Assembly: GCA_963726195.1 (NCBI GenBank)
Contig: CAVSBO010000004.1
Span: 160,001-224,000 of the forward strand
Source: Candidatus Thorarchaeota archaeon
GTDB lineage: Archaea > Asgardarchaeota > Thorarchaeia > Thorarchaeales > Thorarchaeaceae
DNA length: 64,000 bases
Reading direction: 5' to 3'
Position 1 is the first letter of the stretch, and every line of letters begins with the position of its first letter. The notes beneath the pieces were generated by a model, which worked only from the letters and a program-made list of their open reading frames with translations, was not told the origin of the DNA and did not search any database. Both the position numbers and the translations under genes were made by a program. Positions 20,142 to 28,743 of this stretch are shown one piece after another.

Positions 20142-20504
20142 CTTTGCCTCCTTAACCAGCTGACTAGTAGTCCGCAGATATTACATAGACAATATCAGCA
20201 ACAAGTCATTCGTCTGCTTATTTGTATTGTGAAATCTGATGACAAAATACCGGACACCAAAGCCGGAGCCAGTATTTGGCAACGCGATGGTGGTGGTTCG
20301 TGAGTGATTCCTCTGTCCGTAAGATGAGGCAGAACCGCGCTGTCCTCCTCCTGCCTTCATCCAGTCAAACGCTAACGGTTGGTTCTTGGTCCCTCACATT
20401 GACATGGCATGAGGCTCAAGGAGTCCTGCCCCTCTTCGGAATGAACTCCAGAGGATTAATCAGGTCGTTTCACCGTGAAATATGAACCAGGTATTCGACC
20501 TATT

Positions 20505-20593
20505 GAGGTGGGTCCGGATCCAGGCTAAGAGAAGTAGTTGGTATTCGCGTGGTTAGGAGGGGGAGATATGCAAAACACCCGAACCCGGACCTC
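20505..20593 (-). ncRNA. Candidate small hairpin RNA (or structured 5' leader) with C-rich anti-SD loop
   Basis: 14-bp stem (20578-20591 with 20511-20524) that pairs fully only on the minus strand (3 G-U); TTTAATATA about 30 nt upstream (20622-20614). Confidence 0.5.
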
Positions 20594-20802
20594 GGCGTAT
20601 TCCCGGCTAGTGGTATATTAAACGTTGAGATAGGTAGTTTTTTGGTCAAATCACAATCTGAACCAGTGTTGTCCAACAATGAGGCTGGTTTTCAGTAAAG
20701 ACATTCCGGCGGCATGTGACAAAGAGAGTGTGCAAGTCTGAGGACACGGGACGGGTCTCCTATCGATTCTTCTGATTGAGCAGAGTGCTGCCTCGATGAG
20801 CC

Positions 20803-21165
20803 TCACATACCCCACTCTTGCCCCAATCTCTGTCTGTACCATCTGAGCCCACGTTTGGTCAGCTGATAGGATGACTCGATTTGCTCGATCAATCCCATCT
20901 CCACCATGCTCTGAAGAACTCCGAAGAGTTTGTCATCCGATGCCCCGGTAATCTCGAGCAGCTTAGGGAAAGTCAGCTTGCCTTCGCGCCTTAGATGCTG
21001 AGCTATGTCGTATTTGCCGACGGCCCTAGTCTCTCCGCGGTTGATTATTTGTCCACAGTTGGTACAGAGCAGATCTCCCTTCAAATCGTCTCTCGCGACC
21101 TCATTGCTTCCGCATACTGGGCAGGTCGCGTGTGAGAACCTGAGACTGCGTCTATTCTGTGACAT
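20803..21165 (-). CDS. TFIIB-type zinc ribbon + winged-helix protein
   Basis: CPVCGSNEVARDDLKGDLLCTNCG then wHTH ending YQLTKRG; ATG at 21165. Confidence 0.75.
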   Translation of the reverse strand: MSQNRRSLRFSHATCPVCGSNEVARDDLKGDLLCTNCGQIINRGETRAVGKYDIAQHLRREGKLTFPKLLEITGASDDKLFGVLQSMVEMGLIEQIESSYQLTKRGLRWYRQRLGQEWGM

Positions 21166-21225
21166 GTTTTCGTCCAGCGGCACAGTACGGGATTCTTGAT
21201 AAGAGTAGCGAAGGAGCAACGTTCC

Positions 21226-21753
21226 TCATTCGTCAGGTTGTGCTGTCTTCTCCTCTGACAGTCGCTGGAAGAAGGCGTCGAAGTCAACCTCGAAAGGCAC
21301 CCTTGGCCCGGGCCTAACTCGTTTTCTAGCTCGGTCAATCTCCACGTACTGCTGCTTGGCGAGCTCTCTCAGGTCTTCGAGAACACTTCTTGAGGTCTTT
21401 CTTCTCACGTCTCTTATTTGGTCCAGCGGCACCCATCCTCCTTCCCGGTACGCGAGGGTGATGACGGTCAACAGAGTGGCAGCAAGGCGATCTGGTAGTT
21501 GCCCCTCTTCGCTTGACGATTCAGTAGTCCCTTTCGTGTCCAAGTAGAAGACGCGGCTGATTGGATTGTACCGGATGGTCATCCCAAGCGGCGACAGCCG
21601 TTCCTCAAGTTCAGCTAACCTTTCAAACAGGTGATGTCTTCCAACATCCTCAGGCAATCCAAGGGCATCGAGCATGTCGTCAACTCCTGCTCCTATGACA
21701 CTCCCTGACCGGGTAATCAACCTCAGAATCACCCAGTATTCATTGGTCAACAT
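21226..21753 (-). CDS. KITE-family tandem winged-helix protein (Nse1/Nse3-MAGE/ScpB-like)
   Basis: Two wHTH-sized halves; LSPLGMTI, TLLTVITLAYREGG, PGPRVPFE; lies directly after the SMC and kleisin genes. Confidence 0.65.
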   Translation of the reverse strand: MLTNEYWVILRLITRSGSVIGAGVDDMLDALGLPEDVGRHHLFERLAELEERLSPLGMTIRYNPISRVFYLDTKGTTESSSEEGQLPDRLAATLLTVITLAYREGGWVPLDQIRDVRRKTSRSVLEDLRELAKQQYVEIDRARKRVRPGPRVPFEVDFDAFFQRLSEEKTAQPDE

Positions 21754-21756
21754 CGA

Positions 21757-22407
21757 CTAGGACTCCTCTCTTGTCACAGTTCTCCCCTTTGGGTCGTAGC
21801 TCACCATGCCCTTTGATATCAACACTATGACAAACAGGAAGCGTCGAAGGAATTCCTCGATGTCTTCAACCATCAAGAGGTCGTCGATTCTGATGGGCTT
21901 TCCAACCTGCATTGAGGCAACGAAACGATTCAGCTCCTCTATGAAAATCGAGCTCTCGCTAGCAAAGACAAAGTCATCCGGGACACCAGACATCTTCGGA
22001 GGAATATCATCAGGCGGACGCTGACTATGGAGTTCAATCATCTTCATGATTCGTTCCATGGATCTGTCAAGTGAATCAAGACTGATGTGCGTCTGCTTCA
22101 CAGGTTGTGCTTGGCGGTAGAAAGTTGCCAGTCTCTTGGCACTCATTGCTTTCAACTTGTCGATGTAAAGTTCAGGAGTTGCGAGAACACGTGCCATCTC
22201 CTGGACCCGAGTCACCTTGGATCCAAGAGCTTCATTCAGAATCTCGTCGATGTCCAGTCTGCGGTCAATCCGGGCCACGAGCTGCTGCAATTTTCGATAG
22301 GGTTCTGTGAGTCGAAGAGATAGCGGGTCGGTCTTGCCACTCCGAATACTGCCAGCGATGTCGGCGACCTGCCGAGTCAGTTCTTCCAGTTCGCTCGTGG
22401 GGCACAC
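21757..22407 (-). CDS. Kleisin, ScpA/Nse4-like
   Basis: N-terminal SGKTDPLSLRL (cf. archaeal ScpA GeiDPwdidl) and C-terminal FLFVIVLISKGMV wHTH; 5 bp after the smc stop. Confidence 0.65.
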   Translation of the reverse strand: MCPTSELEELTRQVADIAGSIRSGKTDPLSLRLTEPYRKLQQLVARIDRRLDIDEILNEALGSKVTRVQEMARVLATPELYIDKLKAMSAKRLATFYRQAQPVKQTHISLDSLDRSMERIMKMIELHSQRPPDDIPPKMSGVPDDFVFASESSIFIEELNRFVASMQVGKPIRIDDLLMVEDIEEFLRRFLFVIVLISKGMVSYDPKGRTVTREES

Positions 22408-22412
22408 TCCTC

Positions 22413-25400
22413 CTACTCACCCGAAAAGCTGGGGCCTTCTATGATTACTGAGGGTTCAACCCCATTTGGAGAGACGACTCCTATTCTTCTGTCAGCATGT
22501 CTGAGCAAGTGTGTGCTCTTTGCTGGAGTGAAGAGAATGAACTGGCTTTTTCGAGAGCAGTCGTACAGCAACCTGCTTACTAGCTCAGTATTAGTCGCAT
22601 CGAGGAAGGTATCGATTTCATCCAATGCATAGACAGGCCCCGGGTTAAATCTCTGAAGCGCAAGAATGAGACCTATGGCAATGAGTGATCTCTCTCCCCC
22701 GATCCAGCACTCAACCTCTCGAAGTTATCTCCTCTGATTTTAGACCTGAACTCCACACCGTACTCGCCGTCGTTTGATGACAGTTCAAACCTGACTTTGC
22801 CTGTGAACTGCACACTGCCAAGGATTCTGTCAATCTCCTCCTCGACCTTTGAAAGCGTGCTCTTCATGCCATTCTGATACTGCTCTCTTATGCTCTTCAC
22901 AGCAGACTCCGCTTCGCTTAGCTCCTGCTTCAGTTCCGTGATGCTGACAGCGAGTTGTCCCACTCGTTCCTTTAGCTTGGATTCAGTGTGTGCGACACTC
23001 TCTGAAACATCTTGGTAGTCATCAAGAAGGTGTCGGACACGCACTAGCTCCGCTCTGGCAGTCTCAAGAGGTCTGACGCTCGAGGGCCTCGGAATGCTGG
23101 TGAGTGAGCCGGTGAGTTCGTCGGTATCATGCTCCATGTTGCTCAGCTGGCGCTTCGCCTGAATGACCTGTATTCGCCCGTTCTTGATTGTCAAGTTCAG
23201 TTCGGTCAGTCTCTCACTGAGGGTCCTGAGAGTGTCGCGCGATTCGCCCATCTTCTGTTTGAGCGATGCTTGAGCTTTCATGGTCTCTTCACGACTTGAC
23301 TTCATGGTGTCGATTTCCTCAAGAATCGTCGAGCCGGCATCCTTCGACTGTTTTAGTTCATCACGCATCTCACCCAGACGCTGGGTCAGCATCTTCGTGC
23401 TTTCCTCCAGCTGGCGCAGTTCTTGTCTCTTGGTCTCCTCATCTTTCTCAGTAGTACGAATGTTGGCATCAGCCTTTGATAGGCTCTGCCTGAAGTCGGC
23501 GCATCTTTGTCCTGACTGCCGAAAGTCTGACCGACGAGTCTGCTTCTTTCTGGCGGTTGCACTGCGTCAAGTTTCCTGAGTTTGGACTCAGCGACACCCA
23601 GTTCCTTCTGGAGTTCCTTTAGCTTGTCGTCGTTCTCAACAATCCTTTCCTGAAGCTTTGGAGTGCTCTCAGAGAGGGTCCTTCTTCTTTCCCATGTGCT
23701 GCTCCAGCGTGTTATTTGGCCCAGCAGGTCCAGGACTTTCTCGCGTTCAGCAGTGACATTCTCGATTTTGCCCATCAGCTCGGTGAGTCTCTTCCTGGAT
23801 TGTCCAAGTTCCTTCTCTGTTTTCTCCAATCGTGTGAGGAGCGGTGCCGTAGACACGAGCCCAGCTGGCTCACACTTGGGATAGCTGATGGTCGTCTTTT
23901 CTTGACTCAGCACGAAACAACCATCACGCGATACGGCAGAGAGGCCGGATTTCGCCGCCACATTCGCAGCGGTCTTGCTGTCAGTTGTTAATACGATATC
24001 GCCGAATGTGCGGCAGAGAAGGGCAACACTAGCCGAATCGATTGACAGTCTCTCCCAAAGCCAACCCTCGACTCCGGCAACGCTTGGCAGATCCGGGAGT
24101 GTCGACGTCTTCTCTTCGGGCGCCAGACAGACAGGTGAAGGTGCACCGACCTTGTCTCTGAGCTTGACAAGAAGAGAATAGTCGGCCTCGTCCGAAGCGA
24201 CGAATGCAAATGCCATGCCTCTTGAGAGCACTGCCTCCAAAGCAATTGACAGATCGGTTTCACTTGCTGCTGATTCAAGAAGCGGTCCTAGAACTGATTT
24301 CATTCCACGTTCCGCGATTGCCTGCTTCAGTTCTCTAACCGAGTCGGGCACCCGGCTTGAGGTTTCGGACAGCATGATTCTGATTTCTTCGGCCCCTTTC
24401 TGAAGCTGAGCCGAGAGGCTCGATTCTTTGAACCTTGATTCATTGATTGATGTCAGTTCATTCTCTAGTTGTGACTTCTTTCTCGTCAGTTCCTTCTCGT
24501 CTGCCTTTTCAAGCGTTGACCAAGTTTGACTCCACTTGGATTCGATACTCTCAAGTTCCGCCTCGTCGACTTGGAGTCTCTCTTTGAGGCTCCTTCCTAG
24601 AAGATCTTTACCTTGAATCTCTGCCTGAAGTGCCTTGTACAACCCGTGAGCCTCTGCCCTCTGTGCATTCCATTCCGAGAAGGCAGCCAATGCGTCCTCT
24701 GTGGTAGCACGTTCTTTGTCCGCTTCGTCCAGAGATTGTTGAAGAGCCCTCTGTTCCTCCATGTAATGCTCTCTCGCGGACGAAGCGTGCCCCAAGTCCT
24801 CCTTCAGTTTCTCCCTCTTCCGCTTCTCGACTGCGATTTGTTGTTCGAGCTGACGCACTTCCGCGACTTTCTTTTTCGTGTCATCCTCAAGGCGAAGAAG
24901 GCGTTTCTCCCCGTCAGCAATCTTGGCATCTATGGCGCCGAGCTCCCTCTGCACTCCTTCCAGCTGCCCTTCCAAGGCAGATCGTTCTTGCTCGGCATCT
25001 GCTAGACTAGTCTCAACGTTCTTTGATTCCTCAAGAATGTGGCCCAACCCAGACTCTCTGTTTTCAATGTCCGCCTTCACTTTCTCAGTCTGGATCCTCA
25101 AATCATCGAGGGTGGCCCACCTGACTTCAATGTCTAACTCGCTCTCGGATTTCTGGAGGCTTCTCTTCTTCTCAAGCCTTACGAGGTCTTTCTGCAGAAG
25201 TCCGATTTCTCCTTCGACGGTCCTAGATTCTGCTACCGCGGTCTCTAGCTTGTCGTGAGTCTGTTTCACCTGCGTCTCTTGGAGGCCGATTCTGTCTCTG
25301 AAAACATCAAGACCCGTTCCCTCCTCCACGAGCTTTCTCACTTCAATTGGGTCCATCTCGCGGAGTGCGTTGATTCGTTCCTGAGGCATGAAGACAAGAG

Positions 25401-25779
25401 TATTGTCTGGCTCCAGTCCGAGCGACTCAGTTAGCGACCGAAGTTCGGCAGCCCTGACTCGTCTTCCATCAACATATGAGCGTGGAATCCCGTCTCGATC
25501 GATCTTTCTGAGAAGGCGGCGACCTTGGTCGTCAACCATAAGAGTGACTTCAACTTCCGCAGAGCTTGCACCGTGGCGGATGAAATCGCTCCACTTGGAA
25601 TACCTGCTTTCCTTCTCATTTGATCCGAGCGCGAACTTCAGAGCATGGAATATCGAGGTCTTTCCCGATCCATTAGGTCCAACGATGACGGTGAGGCCCG
25701 GGTCGAAACTGACATTCCCTTCATAGAAGCTAAGGAAGTTCCTCAGCCGCGCTGATGAGATATAGATTCGCTGGGCCAT
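22413..25779 (-). CDS. SMC5/6-like ATPase (~1121 aa), interrupted by three single-base indels (~23526, ~23483, ~22698)
   Basis: GPNGSGKTS; LGLEPDNTLVFMPQE; coiled coils; hinge GPLLES..IALEAVL..AFV; restored GSGGERS, YALDEIDTFLD, QFILFTP. Confidence 0.85.
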
Positions 25780-25798
25780 GACGTACGCCGCCTACTGA

Positions 25799-26866
25799 CT
25801 ATCGCCCCATTATTCTAGCAAGTCTGTCGTAACTCTTCTTTGCTCTCACAAGCCTAGTCAGCCGGTCTTCAGGGGTTCCAGTAAGAAGGAACGGGTAGCG
25901 GCTCAGGAGAAGGCGGTCGGCCGAGGACAGAGGCATCCCAGCGTTCAGGGATTCAATCACACGTTGAATGCTGGCGAAGTCGTCTCCTACAGCCATGAGA
26001 TAGAGCTGGTCAAGGAAGGTATCCGGATACACCTGTTCAAGCTGTTCAACTTTAGGAGTTTTCTCGCTCTCAAGAACTTGGACTAACGACTTGACGTATC
26101 CTTTCTTCCCCAAAGGCAGCACGCCACTGTTCTTGATCAGAGCTTCAAGTCTCTCTTGAGTGATCTGCCCGCTCTCTGAGTTCTCCATCATGTACAAGCT
26201 CACTGCCAGATGCTTGACATCCGCAAAGCTCCACCCGTCTGTAAGATCTGCGACCATCGATGGGTCGATGTTATCCCTGCCTCTGAGTATTTGCTCAAGA
26301 ATCTTCACTCGATCGTTGCTGGTGGCGGACTCAAAGATGTATGACCTGTCAAATGCCGCAAGAATGTTGGTGTCGAGAAGGCTCGGATGAGTCGTAGCAG
26401 CCACAACTATGACATTATCAGTATCCCAGCTTGTTCGCCCCATCTCGCTTTCGAGAACTTCGGAGTAAGCTACAAAGGCGGACCCCACGATGTCCAGTGT
26501 CCCGATATAGAACAAGCACGGGGCATTTCTTCGGGCGAACTCGAATCCTACCCTAACCAGCTCTGAAGGGTCAACTGATTCGCCGCCTGTCGGGGCTTCT
26601 CTGAACCTGACAACGTTGATGGGCAGTTCGACTGAAAGATGGCTGACAAAGGTCTCGAAGTCAGTTCCGGCGCAACCGACGAGCAAGACTCGTCCGCCGA
26701 ATTGAATTCCTCTTTCTTCAAATCCGCTCTTGAGACCTGCCCGACGTCTAACACTTGAGAGAAACTCCGCAGCACGCTCCCTCACTGAGAATTGGGTCAC
26801 TCTGTTGGCAGCAATATCCTCGGGTGTCAAGAGTCGGAGGCTGTCTGCATATGTTTCTTCAGTCAA
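25799..26866 (-). CDS. AAA+ (classical CDC48/FtsH-clade-like) fold protein with degenerate Walker A and B
   Basis: VLLVGCAGTDFE, FEFARRNAPCLFYIGTLDIV, VIVVAATTHPSLLD..FDR, TDGWSFADVKHL. Confidence 0.75.
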   Translation of the reverse strand: MTEETYADSLRLLTPEDIAANRVTQFSVRERAAEFLSSVRRRAGLKSGFEERGIQFGGRVLLVGCAGTDFETFVSHLSVELPINVVRFREAPTGGESVDPSELVRVGFEFARRNAPCLFYIGTLDIVGSAFVAYSEVLESEMGRTSWDTDNVIVVAATTHPSLLDTNILAAFDRSYIFESATSNDRVKILEQILRGRDNIDPSMVADLTDGWSFADVKHLAVSLYMMENSESGQITQERLEALIKNSGVLPLGKKGYVKSLVQVLESEKTPKVEQLEQVYPDTFLDQLYLMAVGDDFASIQRVIESLNAGMPLSSADRLLLSRYPFLLTGTPEDRLTRLVRAKKSYDRLARIMGR

Positions 26867-27030
26867 CGCTGAACCCCTCTGTGTGGCTTTCCAGACCAGC
26901 TCTCAAATGCATTTTAGGATTGAGGAGCGAAGAGAGTTTAGCGCCCTTGTTGGGTGCACCCGCATTTCGCGCGCTCACCGCAGTGACCATAAGGCTCTGT
27001 GACTGACCGTTGGGTCAGATGTGATTCCTC

Positions 27031-28743
27031 ATGAGCAGCCCTTCCGACCGATTACGTAAGCAAGTCTGGCAGGTAATAACGACGGTCGAGAGCCGGGGAC
27101 TGTTTGTGCATTCTCAAGACCTGCCCATTAAGTTTGCAGCATCGCGTGGTGAAGGTGAGCGTGCAAAGACTGCAAGATTGCCTCTTGTTGTCGGTACCTG
27201 TGTACTCAATGCTCTTGTTCCGAGGTCCGCCATGCTTTTGGTTGGAGGACACGGCGGCGGCAAGACAACACTGGTCAAGCTTCTCGGGAGGATGATGACC
27301 GGGAAGAGCCTGGAAGAGATAGAAGATGGCATCCTGAGGGCTCATCCTCAGCTGACCGAGGAGAAGATGGTCGCGACCCTTCGGCCCGGTCCTCTCATGA
27401 AAGAGGGTCTTGAGGTCGTCGTCTGGCGGAAGTTCGTGACCGGTTTTTGGAAAATCATCGATGAAGTCAACCGTCTAACCCCTTATGCTCAGAACATACT
27501 CCTTTCGATGCTGGCTGAAGGTCAGCTGAAATACTATGACGAAGTCAAGCGGTGTGATGAATACTGCCTTTATGCGACCCTGAACCCCGCAGATCCTGGA
27601 ACCTTCGAAACCGGTATCCCGTTCCTAGACCGTTTCGGAATCGCTGTTCCAATCACTATGCCCTCTATAAACGACCTCGAGCTCATTCTAGCTTCTCGAG
27701 ACGAGAGGCTATTCGGGTATGATGAGCTCTGGCAAGTGCCTGCAATACTGACTGAAGAGGACTTGCTAACCGTTTGGAATCTTGTTGAGAAGATGCCAGT
27801 CTCAGCGAAAGCATCCGAATTCATGCGGTCTCTTGTGAGGGAGTTCGGTGCATGTGTTCGGGCTGACAAGAACCAGACCCATGACCTCACTGTTGAGTCC
27901 GGTCTCTGTGAAGGTTGTCACTTCAACACAACCAAGAGCATCTGCAACAAGGTTGTTGTCCCGCTCAGCGTCAGAGCTGCAAAGGACCTCAGCAGGTATT
28001 GCAAAGCCGCTGCTTGGTTAATAGGGGCCAATGAGGTAAGCGTGGAGCTTGTCAAGTCGGTTGCACCCCTAGTGTTCTGGCATCGGACCCAGTTGGCTCG
28101 GAATGAGCTCGATCATTCTCCATTCTTTGGCGACCGACTAGCTTTCACTCAGCAGCTTGTCGAGCAGGCCTCCACTAGATTCACACAGAGAGAAACTGCC
28201 TTGGAAATGATTGACAAGCTAAAACAGGGCGAGGCATCCAAGAATGCTCTTGAAGATTTGAAAGAGATGGCCAAGAGCGACATCCTCGTGCAGCTGGACT
28301 ATGTAGCCTTTGCAAAGGAGCTGACGAAGTCAGCTTATGTGGAGATGGTCCGGGGCATTGAGAAGGCAATCAAAGACCATGACGTAAGGAACCTAGTCAA
28401 GATGCAGGACCGACTACTTGCAGATACGGACTTCCCCAACCGGAGCATGCTACTGAACAGAGTTTCAGAAGGTCTCCATCGTCTCACTCTGTCGCAGTTC
28501 ACGATAACGTTTGAACAATGGAAAGACCTGTGGACAAGCATCAGCATGAAGTTCCCAAAGGTCACGCCAGTTCTCAAGGAGACGCTCAATCCGCCCAAGC
28601 GAAAGGTCGTGAGAACTGATGGTCTCACACTAGTCGTTTATGTTACGGGAGACTCGGCGGAGTCGGCTGTATTCCTTGAGATATCAGGTGGCAATGAGGC
28701 GGTAGAGCTTTGCACGGAAATACAGAAACAGGTGAAGAGCTAG
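27031..28743 (+). CDS. MoxR-like AAA+ ATPase
   Basis: LLVGGHGGGKTT, IIDEVNRL, ATLNP, PFLDRF, LSVRA; Cys cluster C..CEGC..C. Confidence 0.85.
   Translation: MSSPSDRLRKQVWQVITTVESRGLFVHSQDLPIKFAASRGEGERAKTARLPLVVGTCVLNALVPRSAMLLVGGHGGGKTTLVKLLGRMMTGKSLEEIEDGILRAHPQLTEEKMVATLRPGPLMKEGLEVVVWRKFVTGFWKIIDEVNRLTPYAQNILLSMLAEGQLKYYDEVKRCDEYCLYATLNPADPGTFETGIPFLDRFGIAVPITMPSINDLELILASRDERLFGYDELWQVPAILTEEDLLTVWNLVEKMPVSAKASEFMRSLVREFGACVRADKNQTHDLTVESGLCEGCHFNTTKSICNKVVVPLSVRAAKDLSRYCKAAAWLIGANEVSVELVKSVAPLVFWHRTQLARNELDHSPFFGDRLAFTQQLVEQASTRFTQRETALEMIDKLKQGEASKNALEDLKEMAKSDILVQLDYVAFAKELTKSAYVEMVRGIEKAIKDHDVRNLVKMQDRLLADTDFPNRSMLLNRVSEGLHRLTLSQFTITFEQWKDLWTSISMKFPKVTPVLKETLNPPKRKVVRTDGLTLVVYVTGDSAESAVFLEISGGNEAVELCTEIQKQVKS

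Noticed and set aside
21226-25779. Wadjet (JetABCD) anti-plasmid system or Rad50/Mre11
   Set aside because: No JetD Toprim nuclease or adjacent Mre11; the SMC has a globular hinge rather than a CxxC hook
22413-25779. SMC as a pseudogene or programmed frameshift
   Set aside because: All ATPase motifs are intact after repair, there are no premature stops in the repaired frame, and the same indel type hits essential genes
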